From Chiloscyllium plagiosum (Eukaryota), in contig NC_057719.1 of assembly GCF_004010195.1 (NCBI RefSeq), positions 25,864,377-25,925,896 of the forward strand: a stretch of DNA of 61,520 bases, written 5' to 3'. The position numbers were made by a program, and so were the translations under genes. Every line of letters starts with the position of its first letter. The first letter of the stretch is position 1. Below, piece by piece: positions 11,475 through 23,792 of this stretch. The notes under the pieces are model-generated. The model saw nothing but the letters and a program-made list of their open reading frames with translations, ran no database searches and had not been told where the DNA came from.

Positions 11475-12590
11475 ATGTTGGAAATTTGAAACAAAAGTGT
11501 TGGCAAAACTCAGCAGGTCTGGCAGCAGGAGTGGAGAGAGAAACAGTGTCAATATTTTGAGTCCAGTGACCCTTTGTCAGAATGGAAAGCAGTTGGGACA
11601 GGTTGGCATTTATGCTGATGACAGCGCTACTGGGGGGATAAGGAGTGAATCGAGTACTTGGGAACAGTGCCCAGAGAAGAAGAGAGAGTTGGAGAGAAAA
11701 ACCGCCAGGCAAAGAGATTGCTGATGATCAGCCAAGAGGGTGATAATGGTGCCAACAAGAAGCGTAAATGGTTCAAACTGGGTTAGCCGTGCTGGGAGTA
11801 ACACACACAAAATAGAACTTAACGGTGTGGGGGTAGGTAACAAATATGGAAGAGGGTAAACTCAATGTTGAGTCCTGAAGGCCATAAGGCACCTCTATAA
11901 AAGACGACTTGCTGTTCTCCCAGCTTGTGTTGAACCTCATTGGAGCATTGCAACAGGCCTAAGACTGTGATATTGGCCAGGGAACGCTGTGGTGTGTTGA
12001 CGTGACAGGCACCTGGAAGCTTGGGGTCATTTTACAGACAACATGTAGGTGTTCCATGAATTGGTCACCCAGTTTGCATTTGGCTCCTCAGTGTAAAGGA
12101 GACCACATTGTAAGCAGCAAATACAAGAGACTAGGTTGAATGAAGTGCAAGTAAATCGCTGCTTCACTTGGAAGGTGTGTCCAAGAATAAAATCCCAACA
12201 ATGTGGAAACAGGTCCTTTGGCCCAACAAGTCCACACTGACCCTCCAAAGAGAAACCCACCCAGACCCATTCCCCGACTCCTCTGCATTTACCCCAGACT
12301 AATGCACCTAACTTACACATCCCTGAATACTATGGGCAATTTAGCATGACCAATTCACCTAACCTGCACATCTTTGGATTGTGGGAGGAAAACAGAGCAC
12401 CTAGAGAAAACCCACACAGACACAGGGAGAATGTGCAAACTCCATACAGATGGTCACCCGAGGCAGGGATTGAACCTGGGTCTGTGGTGCTGTGAGACAA
12501 CAATGCTAACCACTGAGCCACTATTTGTCTGTGACCTTGGATAGTGAGGAGGGAGTAAGTATACAGGCAAGTGATGCAAATGTGTCCTAA
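11475..12590 (-). mobile_element. Decayed Penelope-like element (GIY-YIG region plus terminus) interrupted by a SINE
   Basis: Encodes QVKQRFTCTSFNLVSCICCLQCGLLYTEE, a GIY-YIG motif. A degenerate terminal motif CTGACAA-AGGGTCACTGGACTC-AAAA lies near 11555-11580. Confidence 0.75.
12185..12522 (-). mobile_element. HE1-like V-SINE
   Basis: Same head, core and tail as 6062-6400. Confidence 0.87.
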
Positions 12591-12919
12591 TGGTGGATGA
12601 GCACTGGATTCTCTGGCATATACTAGAGATTTAACACATACACCTGCCTTCCACTACTTACATGAGATCCCTTGCATTAATCCCACCAGCGCTGGGGGGT
12701 TTAGCATTGGTGTGCACCAGCGCAATCAAGTGGGATTGTGGCCCATAGATTTTGAGAAATATCCATCATGAACAATAACCTCAAGATAACAAGGTTAAGA
12801 ACAAAAATAAAAATTGCTATTCGTTGCAGATCACCCGCATCTGCATTTCTTTGTTTTATCTTAAGGTTTGTTTCATGTCCTTTGTTATTTTGAAAAGAAA
12901 TATTGTTGTTAGAACTGAC

Positions 12920-13023
12920 CTGCCCTCCAAATATTCCACAGACCCCAATGATACAGAGTATGTTAAATACTGCTGAACCAACAATGGTTCCAACACCGAC
13001 ATCTCCATGGGTAATAAAGACAC
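12920..13023 (-). CDS. SLC24A4: NCKX4 internal coding exon (104 bp), second half of the alpha-1 repeat
   Basis: tttgcag|GT GTC TTT...GGG CAG|gtcagt encodes (G)VFITHGDVGVGTIVGSAVFNILCIIGVCGIFGGQ, phase 1 to 0. The ITHGDVGVG segment is NCKX4-like. Confidence 0.96.
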
Positions 13024-14088
13024 CTGCAAAGAACATAAAAGGTTGTATTATATTGGATTTGCTTCACTGATTTTCATTATGAGAAAAGTATGAACAATCA
13101 CATCTCCTTTGGGATCTCCTTTGGATTTTGTAAAGTCAACAGTAGTCTTCTCTACTGGTCAAAGAGGCAGGGACCCCAATGTTAGTTCCACGAAGGAGAC
13201 TTGACTAGAACCAAATTTTTAAAATGTGGTAGGCATTTAGGTTACAGTGAGTTATGTGATCTTTACTCAGAGTTATTTGAGAATGATTCAGAAATTGTTC
13301 ACTGCTGAACCTTGCTATTAAAGAAAGCTTCAAGTTTTATAACAGCATTCAATTAACACTCTACTAACTATTAGGGCTCTCTATTTAGCTTTCACAAAGA
13401 TTTCCTTATCTAGTTATGCAAATGCACATGACCAAATAAATATTTTAGCAACTTCATAATATGCATATTACTAATAGTAATAGATAAAATTTTTCTTGAC
13501 TCAGAATGCATTCACTTGCACAGAATTAATATCAGGCCTGCATGTCTGGGAAACCTAGGAGTGAAGAGGAGAAATGTATTCACCCAGTGGCTCCCCATCA
13601 CTGGTACAATTGCAGTAGGGGCAAAAGTAGACGGTCACTCACTGGATTTAACCTGTGCTCCCCACCTTTAAATCTAGCAAAGACAGTGCATTAAATTCAG
13701 TCAAAGTTCTAACAATGTACCAGACCTTCTGAAAAGTACTGGGAAATAAAGCATTAGGAAATATTGAAAATGTTCACCATGGCTTTCTCTCATGTCAAAT
13801 ATACAACTGGAGTTTGAACATGTTGGGGAAATTTTCAAAAGCTGCACCCATTCTACTGCTCAACTGGAATTATGAATCTAAATTTTCACCACGCCTCTTG
13901 TGAAGCTACAATGAAGCAGCAATGGGAGGAGCTGTGAGGAAATTCCATGCCCATTATATTTGCATAAAGTTTATCCTTGCAGTTTATTTTATAGATTAAA
14001 GCAATTTACTGGACTTTTTTATAAAACTGTTATGCGCTTTCAATGAAGTAAAGAGAATCAATGAACTGTGAATCATGTGTAACATTAC

Positions 14089-14173
14089 CAATAACAGAAG
14101 CAAACAGTTCAGGTGCTGAGCTTCCAGCTGCCATGAACGTGGCACCAGCTACATCTTCACTCAAATGTAATCT
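14089..14173 (-). CDS. SLC24A4: NCKX4 internal coding exon (85 bp), first half of the alpha-1 repeat
   Basis: tacacag|AGA TTA CAT...GTT ATT G|gtaatg encodes [28 protein letters not shown](G), the CaCA alpha-1 signature. It is absent from the ORF track and was read by hand. Confidence 0.96.
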
Positions 14174-14907
14174 CTGTGTAAAAAAAGATAAACCATTATA
14201 GGACATTGGATATGCTTCCAGTCAAAGACTGCCACTCCTCTGATATATAGAATTGGTTGAATATAGTTTTTCAATACGTCCCCTGTCATATATTTACTTC
14301 AGTAGTAAATACTTTGGTCATTTTCCAATGAATAATGTTCATTTCCAGCTGCACTCTAGATTCTCAATCACCTGCAGTCTGAGTACTTACTTCAGTTTCT
14401 CTGGATTATTGCTTATGTCATTCATAGTGAGTGATGCATCTTCTTTGCATATTTTTAATAGGAAGTCTGATTTTTTAGTGAACAGAGTTTGACATATTTT
14501 CTAAAGATAATTAGCAAAATTGAGACTGAGGAGTCCTTGAAATTGGACTTTACAGGTAAAACCTGGTGTGTCACATAGATTTTATACATCTCCTTTGCAG
14601 CACTACTTTTAGGACTACTGATGCAGTTGATATTTTTGCTTGGAAATGGCTTGGTATTCTATAAGTTCATACCATGCTTATGAAGATTGAAAGCGTGCAA
14701 CAAAACTATGAGTTCAAGCAGCATTAGACATACCTGTTCAGATCTATGAAAATAAATATTATTTAGACTCACCCCATTTAAGTAAAACATGAAAACATAC
14801 TTTAACTGAGTTCCCTTTAGTCAAATGCTTAATGTGTTATATGGATTTCAGGGATCATTTTTATTTCTAGTGCTATCAATAATGTAAGTAAGTGCATTTG
14901 AACGTAC

Positions 14908-14982
14908 CTCACATATTTTTTCTAAGGCTGGAACAAAGAAATCGTCACAAACTATTGCCAGTGCATAAAACATATAGACAGC
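14908..14982 (-). CDS. SLC24A4: NCKX4 internal coding exon (75 bp)
   Basis: tttcacag|GCT GTC TAT ATG...TGT GAG|gtacgt encodes AVYMFYALAIVCDDFFVPALEKICE (NCKX TM1 motif). Phase 0-0, in frame with the previous exon. Confidence 0.95.
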
Positions 14983-16666
14983 CTGTGAAAAGAAAAGAAA
15001 TGTCATCTTTTTTTCTCCAAATATTTTTTTCCTTGCTGAGATTCTCAGATTTACCACTCACTTCTCCCTGCTCCACCCCAAAAAATATTCCTTTAGCTAT
15101 GGTTGGATAAAACTGGCTAACCATGTGAGTTTCACCATGCAAGACATCCACATTATCTAAATAAATGGGCAACAGGAATGGATTTCTTATGGACATTACT
15201 AAATTGATACCTTGCCCATCTTAAGACGAAGAATTATGTTATACACAAAAGTGCCAGCTGGATGATAGTTTTAAAAGTTGCCCATCCGTGTGCCAGTTAC
15301 ATCCAGTAAAAAGGATTAATGGGTCCATGTATAAATCGATAGTAGGTTCTATGTGGTTGCTATGTTACTGATAGAATTGATTGCCTGTTACAATTCAGAA
15401 AAACATTCTGTGAATGGTCCTGCCAAGGATGGCACAGGCAAACTCCTGGAATCCATTCTCTTTGGAAATTTGGATGTGCTCCTCAATGCTACCCTTCTCA
15501 TTCATGTAATAATTTTTGTTGTCTTCCTCTGAAATTATGCATATCTCAGGGGAAAAAAAAATCCTTTATAGACCTGAAAGAAGGAGTATGTGTTAATTCA
15601 CCTTGGACAGGGATTGAACTGAAGGGACCTGATTGTCTGGAAATGTTCACCATTTTTCAGCTGCAATTGAAGCAAAAATCATCATGACTGAAAACTGTGG
15701 GAGACGGGGATCATCCACTTGGAATTTTATGGCCCAGTTGCCTTTTGTTTGTTAATCACAACATTTCAGTTAATAGTGAATACATAAATATTTATTCCAA
15801 TAATTACAGCTAAAGAGCATTACAAATCCTTATGCGACATTGCTAGATTGTAGGGCATTAAGGAGGAAGCTATGAACAGTTTTGCATTTATTTTTCAGAC
15901 AACATTTGCAAAACAAAAATTCAAACCCACCAACTTCCAAACTCTCAATGGAACTGATTGCTGTCTCAGCTTGAGGTTCTAAGAGCAGCCTGATTTTTTT
16001 TAGAGCAACTGTCAGCATTTTATTCTTAATTACTGAAGGAAATGATCTGTGCTACTGTCTTTGATGATTGACAACCTTACCTTATTAAGGGTTACATAAT
16101 AGGATACATAAAACTCAATTTATTCACATGGTTTTGCACCACATAAATTACTTTGGACCTTAGTTTACTTTATAGTCCAGGCATTTTGACAATATTGCTA
16201 TGTAGAATTTATCCTGTTCTGCCAAAAAGATGCACATTTTAACTAAATACATTTCTTGACGGGAATACTGCAGCATGGTTTTCTCTGCAATCTGCTGTTA
16301 GTTGCTTTCCGAGTTTGCTGGTGGGTGCAATGTGCATTATGTTTACTCATATAGGTTAGGCAATGTGATCTCTTTGAATAATCTTAACAAAACTCTTTTT
16401 TAATGTCTTTATTTGTCACTGCTGCTAAAATTAAAATGCACTGAATTGAAAGTTGACCTGTGAAATTCTCTACAGTAGAAGGCTGTGGAACCCAAGTCAC
16501 TAAATATACTCAAGAAAAAGAGAGATTTTTTTTAGATTTTAAAGGCACAAAGGTGTCTGGGGAAAAAGTGGGAAAATGGCATTCAAATAGACGGGCATCC
16601 ATGAGCACATTTGAAATAACTTTTCAGAGGATGGCATCCCATCACCAATCATCCTTAACTTACAAA

Positions 16667-16841
16667 TGTATTGCCTTTGTTAATAGCACTGCCTCTCACT
16701 GGGTCAGCTTCAGGAGTCCAATATCGCTCATACTCACCCTTTTGTCAGCCTGGGATCCCTGACTGAATCAGATTAACATCCCAAATCAGGAAGCTCATAT
16801 TCTATGAGATCCACCTGGCTGACGTTGTTATAATCACTACA
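16667..16841 (-). mobile_element. Possible solo-LTR remnant
   Basis: Has TGTA...TACA ends and partial similarity to 43595-43725, which carries AATAAA. Confidence 0.35.
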
Positions 16842-17392
16842 ATATTGCATGGTGGAGCAGGCTCGAAGGGCTGAATGGTCTACTCCTATTCATGGTTTCT
16901 ATGTTGTCTCTACTTGGAAGATAGCAATATTTTAGTTCAATCGCAATTGAGCAGGATTACTGTGAGGTTGTGATTTGAAGTGTCCAGATGCCTTCACATT
17001 TGGAAATAACATTGTGAGGACACAAAACTCAACAGGACAATAAACTGGGTGTGGGAATCTCACTTGGCATGATTAACCCACACTCACTTCCCCCCACCCC
17101 ACCTCCCAGTTCAAAAAGCACCCAAAATTGAGAGAACACCTTCTGTACGACTTAAAACCAACTGGACAGTTGCTGACTCCGGTCAGGAAGAGTGTCAGCC
17201 CTCTGTAAGGTTTAAACCATAGGGACAGCATATGAATGTGCCATACCTCTTTAACTGTCAATTATCATGTAAATTGTCTGTTGCATTTTAGCCCGAGGCC
17301 ATACCAGTAATCTTGTCTGATTTCAGCAGCTAAATCAGACTCAAAGCTGCTTAGTACTTGAATTAGAGAGGACCCTAGAATTGGCTTTTGAA

Positions 17393-17505
17393 GAGTGCTT
17401 GTGGTGTAGTGGTAGTGTTTCTACCTCTGAGCCAGGAGGCCTGGGTTCAAGCCTCATCCCCTCCAAAGGTGTATTGTACTGTCTCTGAACAGATTGTTTA
17501 AAAAT
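17393..17505 (+). mobile_element. Second tRNA-derived SINE family, head fragment (related copies at ~17955-18050 + and ~33390-33497 -)
   Basis: GTGGTGTAGTGGTAGTG...CCTGGGTTCAAG has pol III A/B-box spacing. No intact cloverleaf; three related copies in the window. Confidence 0.65.
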
Positions 17506-17559
17506 ACATCCAAGCAGGAAGAACACTTAATACTGGCATAAAAGTGTAGTCAGTGTCCT

Positions 17560-17715
17560 CCAAGGGCCAGGACAGGAGGTGAGAGGGATTCACTACCCAG
17601 ACCGACATGCAAAGGCAGTTAGAATGGATAGTAATGATGGTCAGTACCAGCACTGAAGTCCAAAGAATCTGGATGTTGCAAGAAACTCAATGATCTTACC
17701 CAAGTGATCAAGATC
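17560..17715 (+). mobile_element. Decayed Harbinger-type Myb/SANT ORF fragment
   Basis: Frameshifted QRIWM/CKKLNDLTQVIK resembles the R-T-W-x-Q-C-R-K-K-F-N-D-L helix of Harbinger Myb/SANT proteins. Confidence 0.45.
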
Positions 17716-18319
17716 AATGAAAGTAAAAGTAAATGTCCTATCCTTAGAAATGAGCCACTCGCCTTACATGCTGCTCAATCTACCTACCTCACAACTCCCT
17801 TCACAACAATCTCTTACCAACCATGAGCCATCCCTCACAATCACCGTTTCATCTCACCCTCTCTCACACACACAGCACAGCCGACAGCCATTATAACTTG
17901 TTCAGCCATGACAGCCACATAATGCAAACAGATTATGCCATGCTTACAGAAATTTGTGGTGCAGTGGTGGTGTCCTTACCTGTGAGGTAGAAGGTTCAAG
18001 TCCTACCTGCTCTGGTCATGCATCAAAGCATATTTTTGCAGATTGGTTAAAAATAACTGCACTACAATTTCATCAGAGCAAGCTGTAGGCTAAAAGTCTC
18101 TCTACATTGTACAGACATTGTGGTTTAGTCCAAATTTCTGAAAAAAAATCTTTTAGATCACTAACGTCACTTTTTCTGGCTCCGATGTGAGTCAGTTTAG
18201 GGAACAATTACAGTAAGACTTCTATTATCTTACCAGTCACGGGCTGATTTTCACTTCTGGGCTAATGCTTATTCTTGGATTATTATTATGAAAAATCTAC
18301 TCCTCGCATGACATGTGTT

Positions 18320-19975
18320 TTGTTTTTTTATATCACTTCGTGGGATTTGGGCATCACTGGCTACACTAAGATTTGAGAAGGTGGTAATGAGCTGCTTTCT
18401 GAAAATATAACAGTTCATCTGGTACAGGTGTATCGAAAATGCTATCTAAATTGGAGGCGGGTCTGAGGCTTTTGACCCAGAAACAGAGAAAGAATGGCAA
18501 TATAGCATGCCTCAGGGCCACAAGTGGTGCTGCTGCCATGCATCTTTGCTGTTCCTTTTCGGTTGCACAGATTACATATTTGGAAAGTTCTGTCTAAGCA
18601 GCCCAAGTGAATCTTGTATAAGGCATATGGTGCTGCCATTGAGTGTCAGTGGGTGAGGCAGCAGTGCTAACCACTGTGCCACCGTGCCGCCACAGATTAC
18701 ATATTTGGAAAGTTCTGTCTAAGCAGCCCAAGTGAATCTTGTATAAGGCATATGGTGCTGCCATTGAGTGTCAGTGGTGAAGGGACAGAATATTTTAATG
18801 AGGCAAATGATCAACTGGACTGCTTTGATTTGATTTATTATTGTCACACGTACTGAGATACAGTGAAAAGTATTATTTTGTGTGCTAAGCAGATAAATCA
18901 TACCTTATATAAGTACACCATGGTAATAGAGCAGAATGTAGAATGTGGTGTTACAGCTTTAGAGAACGTGCAGTCAAAGATCAACTGTAATATATGAGAG
19001 GACCATCTGTCAGTCTGATAACAACAGGTAAGAAGTAAGAATTTGTTGTTATGTACTTTCAAACCTTTGTATGTTCTGGCCAATGGAAAGGGATGGAAAA
19101 GCGTATAGCCAGTATGAAACGAGTGTTTGATTATCTTGGCTGCTTTCCAGAAGCAGTCGGAAGTGTAGATGGAGTCAATGGAAGGTGGGCTGGTTTTTGT
19201 GATGGACTCGGCTGCATTCACAACTCTGTAACTTTTTGCGGTCTTGGGCAGAGCCATACCAAGCTGTGATGCGTCTGGATAGGATGCTTCCTATGGTGCA
19301 TCTCTAAAAATTGGTAAGAGACATTGTGGACATGCCGAATTCCTTTAGCCTTCTGTTGAAGTAGATGTGTTGGCGTGCTTTCCTAACTGTAGTGACTGTT
19401 GTTGAAGCTGACTGAGCCAGGCAAGTGGACATTGATGATACACCTGCCCTACGCTTTATAGATAGCGAACAGGCTTGGCAAGTCAGGAGATTATTTATTT
19501 GCTACAGAATTTTAAGCCTCGGACCTGCTCTTGTCACCACAGTATTTATATAGTCAGTCTAGTTCAGTTTTCAGTCAACGTTGATAGTGAGGGAACTCAG
19601 CCATGGCACTGTCATTCAACATTCAGGGGAGATGATTTGATGCTCTCTTGTGGGAGGTGGTCATCATTTGGAATTTGTATCATGTAACATGCCACTTAGC
19701 CAAAGTTTAAACTTTGTCCAGGTCTACTGAAGTGTTGGAAGATGGTTGATTCTAGATCATTACTCTGAGGGACTCCTGCAGTGATGTCATGGGATTGAGA
19801 TGACTGATCTTCAGCAACCGCAACTATCTTCCTTTGTGTTGAGTATGACTCTAACCAGTGGAGAACCTCCCTTCTGATTCCCATTCAATTTTGCGAGGGC
19901 TTCTTGATGTCATACTTAGTCAAATGCTGCCTTGATGTCATGGGCAATGCCTCTCGCCTTACCTCTGGTGCATGC
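18320..19975 (-). mobile_element. Old LINE 3' region (same family as 57405-59740) interrupted by Rex/Babar
   Basis: Minus strand encodes DIKAAFD and LHWLESYSTQRKIVAVAEDQSSQSHDITAGVPQ (RT motifs). Confidence 0.65.
18824..19395 (-). mobile_element. Rex1/Babar LINE 3' end
   Basis: Encodes RVVNAAESITKTSPPSIDSIYTSDCFWKAAKIIKHSFHTGYTLFHPFP, the Rex1 C-terminal pattern. Tail is CACTGTATCTCAGTACGTGTGACAATAATAAATCAAATCAAA. Confidence 0.8.
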
Positions 19976-20099
19976 AGTTTTCAATCAGAAACATTTTGCT
20001 TGGTATGTGCTTGCTGCTACTGAATACATAAGAGATATTCAAATGATATAAGATCATTTCTAGCTAAGTAAGGAAGATGAATTTTTGTGTCTCAGCCTC

Positions 20100-20455
20100 A
20101 GGATATTCAAAAGCACCACATGCAGCCAACCAAGTATGCTTCTTAAAGTGTATTGTCTGTTTGTAATGTAGGAAACACTGCTGTCAATTTGCACAGCAAG
20201 GTCCCGCACACTGCTATCTGTGTTCATAAATAGATAATCTAATTTAGTGATGCTGTTTGAGTGCTAAACATTTACCAATATACTGGGAGAGTTTGCCTTT
20301 TCTACTTTGAAGATGTGGTCATACACTTCCAGTAGTGCAGCACACCCCCAGGTACTGCACTGCAGTTACCTCCTAGATTTTCTGAAACTTCTAGGGTGGT
20401 AGTTTGAACTTCCAACCTTCTGTCTTAGAGACAAGTGTGCTATTCACTGTGCTGA
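20100..20455 (-). mobile_element. Decayed DeuSINE (SacSINE1-like); related fragments near 45525-45670 and 46510-46590
   Basis: Minus strand has a tRNA-like head, then CAGTGCAGTACC...GTGCTGCACT and CTTGCTGTGCAAATTG...TTTCCTACATTACAA, as recalled for Deu-domain SINEs. Confidence 0.55.
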
Positions 20456-21329
20456 AGAAGAAATCTCTCACCCCTATCACTATATGCTTCAATCATATCC
20501 AAATCCCAGAGATGGAATAGTCTCCATCACCTCGTCTCAGAAGAGCAACTTATATTTTGCTCAAAAAACTATCACTAATGATGGGCAATTCTAAATTAAA
20601 CCAATTTGTTGGCTGACTGATCGAGAAACTGCTAATGGACTGTTTTCATCAGTAGGTTTATTGCAGCTTTTTTGACAAGCCCCATCAATTCACTCTTGTG
20701 GTAAAGTATGTTAGAGAAATCACAGGTATAATAGAATGAGGTTTTGTCCTGTGCTTAGGGGATAAGTTGACAGAAAGCAGAATGAAAAGAATGATCGAAT
20801 GTAAGTGGCAACTTGACACAGCTCTCAAAGATATCGTCAAACTAAAGGCTTGTGGAACGGAATAAATTATTTTTACTGGTTCCAATGGGAATCAAAACAA
20901 GGTGACTGAAGTGATATCTGCAGCCAGGGAAGTGAATCAGCACTGACTGAATGGGAATTCAAGGTCTGGAAGGGCAGCATCAAAACTGAATTTATAAATT
21001 CAAGCCTTAACAACCAAGCTTCAGGGCAATCACAGTCCTGAAATAGATATCCTTGAAAGTATCTCTGGAGGGAAGTTTAAGGAGAACAGCTATGTATCCT
21101 ATAGAGAAGGCCATCTCCAAAGCATAAGCCCAAAAGGGTTCGGCAGAGTGGATTTTCTTGCTCTCTAGGAGCTACAGGCATTGTGCCAAAGGGTACAGGC
21201 AGGACTTGAGGAACTGACATTTTTTTCAAAGTGAATTCAAATCTCATGATGACAATTCAAGAATTTGAAAGCAGTTTAAAAATAAATCTGGAGATACAAA
21301 TGACTGACAGTAAAAGTGGAAAGATTTTG

Positions 21330-21825
21330 TTAAACTTGAAAGGGTTCAGAAAAGATTTACAAGGAAGTTGCCAGGGTTGGAGGGTTTGAGCTGCAGGGAG
21401 AGGCTGAATAAGCTGGGGCTGTTTTCCAGGGAGCATCGGAGGCTGAGGGGTGACCTACAGAGGTATATAAAATCATGAGGAACATGGATAGAGTGAACAG
21501 CCAAAGTGTTTTCCCCAGGGTAGAGGAGTCCAAAACTAGAGGGCATAAGTTTAAGGTGAGAGGGAAAAGATTTAAAATGGAGTTAAGGGGCAACATTTCC
21601 GCACACAAGGTGGTGTGTGTATGGAATGAGCTACTAGAGGAAATAGTGGAGGCTGATACAATTACACATTTAAAAGGCATCTGGATGGGTATACAAATTG
21701 GGGTTTTAGAAGGATTTGGGCCAAATGCTGGCAAATAGGACTAGATTAATTTAATATATCTGGTCAGCATAGACAAGGTGGATCAAAGGGTCTGTTACTT
21801 TGCAGTACACCTCTATGACTATGTT
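21330..21825 (+). mobile_element. CR1 LINE 3' fragment
   Basis: Encodes VFPRVEESKTRGHKFKVRG...VWNELLEE, followed by the ctctatgactatg tail. Confidence 0.87.
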
Positions 21826-22239
21826 GATGATGATAGAAAATCGGACGTTGTGACTCTAAGTGACCATGAAACTATGCTAATGCAAAGTTGAAGATAACTT
21901 GTTGGTAGTCCAAGAGACATTCATGTGAAATTGATAGAGGAGGCTTTAATCTTGGCCAGCACATAGCTTATTAATAAACACTACTATTGATATCTTCCCC
22001 TTTCAAACTCCATCTACAGATGTTGTTTTGTACATACAAACTCACATAACTCGCAATCACTACCCATGAACATGCACATAAGACAAGTTGAATTCATAAT
22101 CACTACATTATTCTTTGTGAAATATCACTCGATATGCGGAATTACTGGCTCTCATGACTGGCAAGCTTGGAGGTGGGAAGGAGATTCAATTGGCTGGGAT
22201 AGTGGGTCCTTCTCACCTTAATCTTTGTTTAGAATAGAA

Positions 22240-23680
22240 CAGTCAGACTGGCAAAAGAAGCCATGAGGAAGAATTCAGAAAGTCTACCTTTGGGCAGTTT
22301 CCTAGAACAAGACATTGTAGATCCAACCAGGGATCAAACTATTTCACAAAATAATAATGGGGCATGAGGAAATGGCACAGGGATTCAATAAATACTTTGC
22401 ATCAATCTTCACAGTTGAAGACACTCATCATATTCTGAAATTACTAAATAATCAAGGGGCAAAACAAAGAGGGGAAATAAACACAATAACTGTTAAGAAG
22501 TACAAGGGGAAACTAATGAGACTAAAGCCCAATAAGCTGCCTGGAGCTGAGAGTTAGTGGATGCCCTGGTAGTAAACTTGGAAAAATCCTACAAAATTGG
22601 AAAACTGCTATTTTAACACCTTTATTTGAAAAGGGAAGAAGTTGAAAAAGACATAACTATAAGCCAGTTAGTCAATTATCTGTTGTTGGTAAAATATGAC
22701 AATCTATTATAAAGGGTGTACTAGCAGAACATTAATAAATGCATGATATGATCAAGCAGAATCATCATGGCTTCATGAAGTGGAAATAACGCCTGACAAA
22801 TTTACTAGAATTCTTTGAGGAGATTAAGAGGCAGCAGTGAATGTAATATATTTGGATTTTCAGAAGGTGTTTGATAAGGTACAGGATAAGTCAGTGGACA
22901 AAATCTTGGCAAACAGAATATAACATGGGAAAATGTGAGGTAACACAGTTGGCAGAAAAAGGTAGAGGAGTTGAATATTATTAAAAATGAGGAAAGATTG
23001 CAGAGAGCTAGAGAATACAGGGATTTAATTAATTTATCCATGAATCACAAAAACTCAGCATCCAAATTCAGCAGATAGTAGGGAAGGCAAATGTAATACT
23101 GGCCTTCTTTTTAAAGGGAATGGAATATAAAACTATACAAGACACCAGTCAGACCATGGCTGGACCACTGTGAATAATTTTGGGCCCCTTATCTAAAGAA
23201 CGAAATATAGACACTGGAAGAAGCCCTGAACAGGTTCATTAGGTTGATACCAGGTATGGTCAGACTATTTTATGAGGAGAGATTGAGTGTATTAGACTTG
23301 TACTCATTGAAAGTTAGAAGAATGAGGCATTATTGAAGCATAATAATTCTTTAGGGGAATTGGCAAAGTTGATGTAAAAAGGTTGTATCGCCTTGGGGGA
23401 GGGTCTAGGACCAAAGGGCATAATCTCAGAATAAGGGGACACACAAACTGAGATGAGGAATTTTTTCTCTCAGAGGGTAGTGATTCTGTGACTTTCTTTC
23501 TGGCAGAGGTCTGTTGCAATTAGGTCATTACATATATTCAAGCTGAGATAGAGGGATTTTTAATCAGTAAATAAATCATGGGTTGTGGGAAAAGTAAAGA
23601 AAGTGGAGTTGATTATCAGAGTAGCTATAATCTCACTGAACGGCAGAACAGACTCGATGGGTTGAATGGCCTACACCTGT
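22240..23680 (+). mobile_element. Highly decayed CR1 LINE
   Basis: Encodes FNKYFASIFTVED, plus tatttggattttcagaaggtgtttgataag (YLDFQKVFDK) and a CR1-type 3' region. Confidence 0.7.
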
Positions 23681-23792
23681 GCAGTGTGCACAGTGGCTAA
23701 AACTGCATGGGCAGCTTCTTATCTCCAAAGGTGGTGGTGGAGTGAGGTGGCAGGGTTGAAGAAATGGAGCGGGGGTGGTGATGGGAGGAGTT

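Noticed and set aside
12701..13036. ORF-track starts and stops for the NCKX-like ORFs (also 14848-15057 and 28279-28497) as whole genes
   Set aside because: Similarity is confined to the GT-AG bounded exons; the rest is intron read-through.
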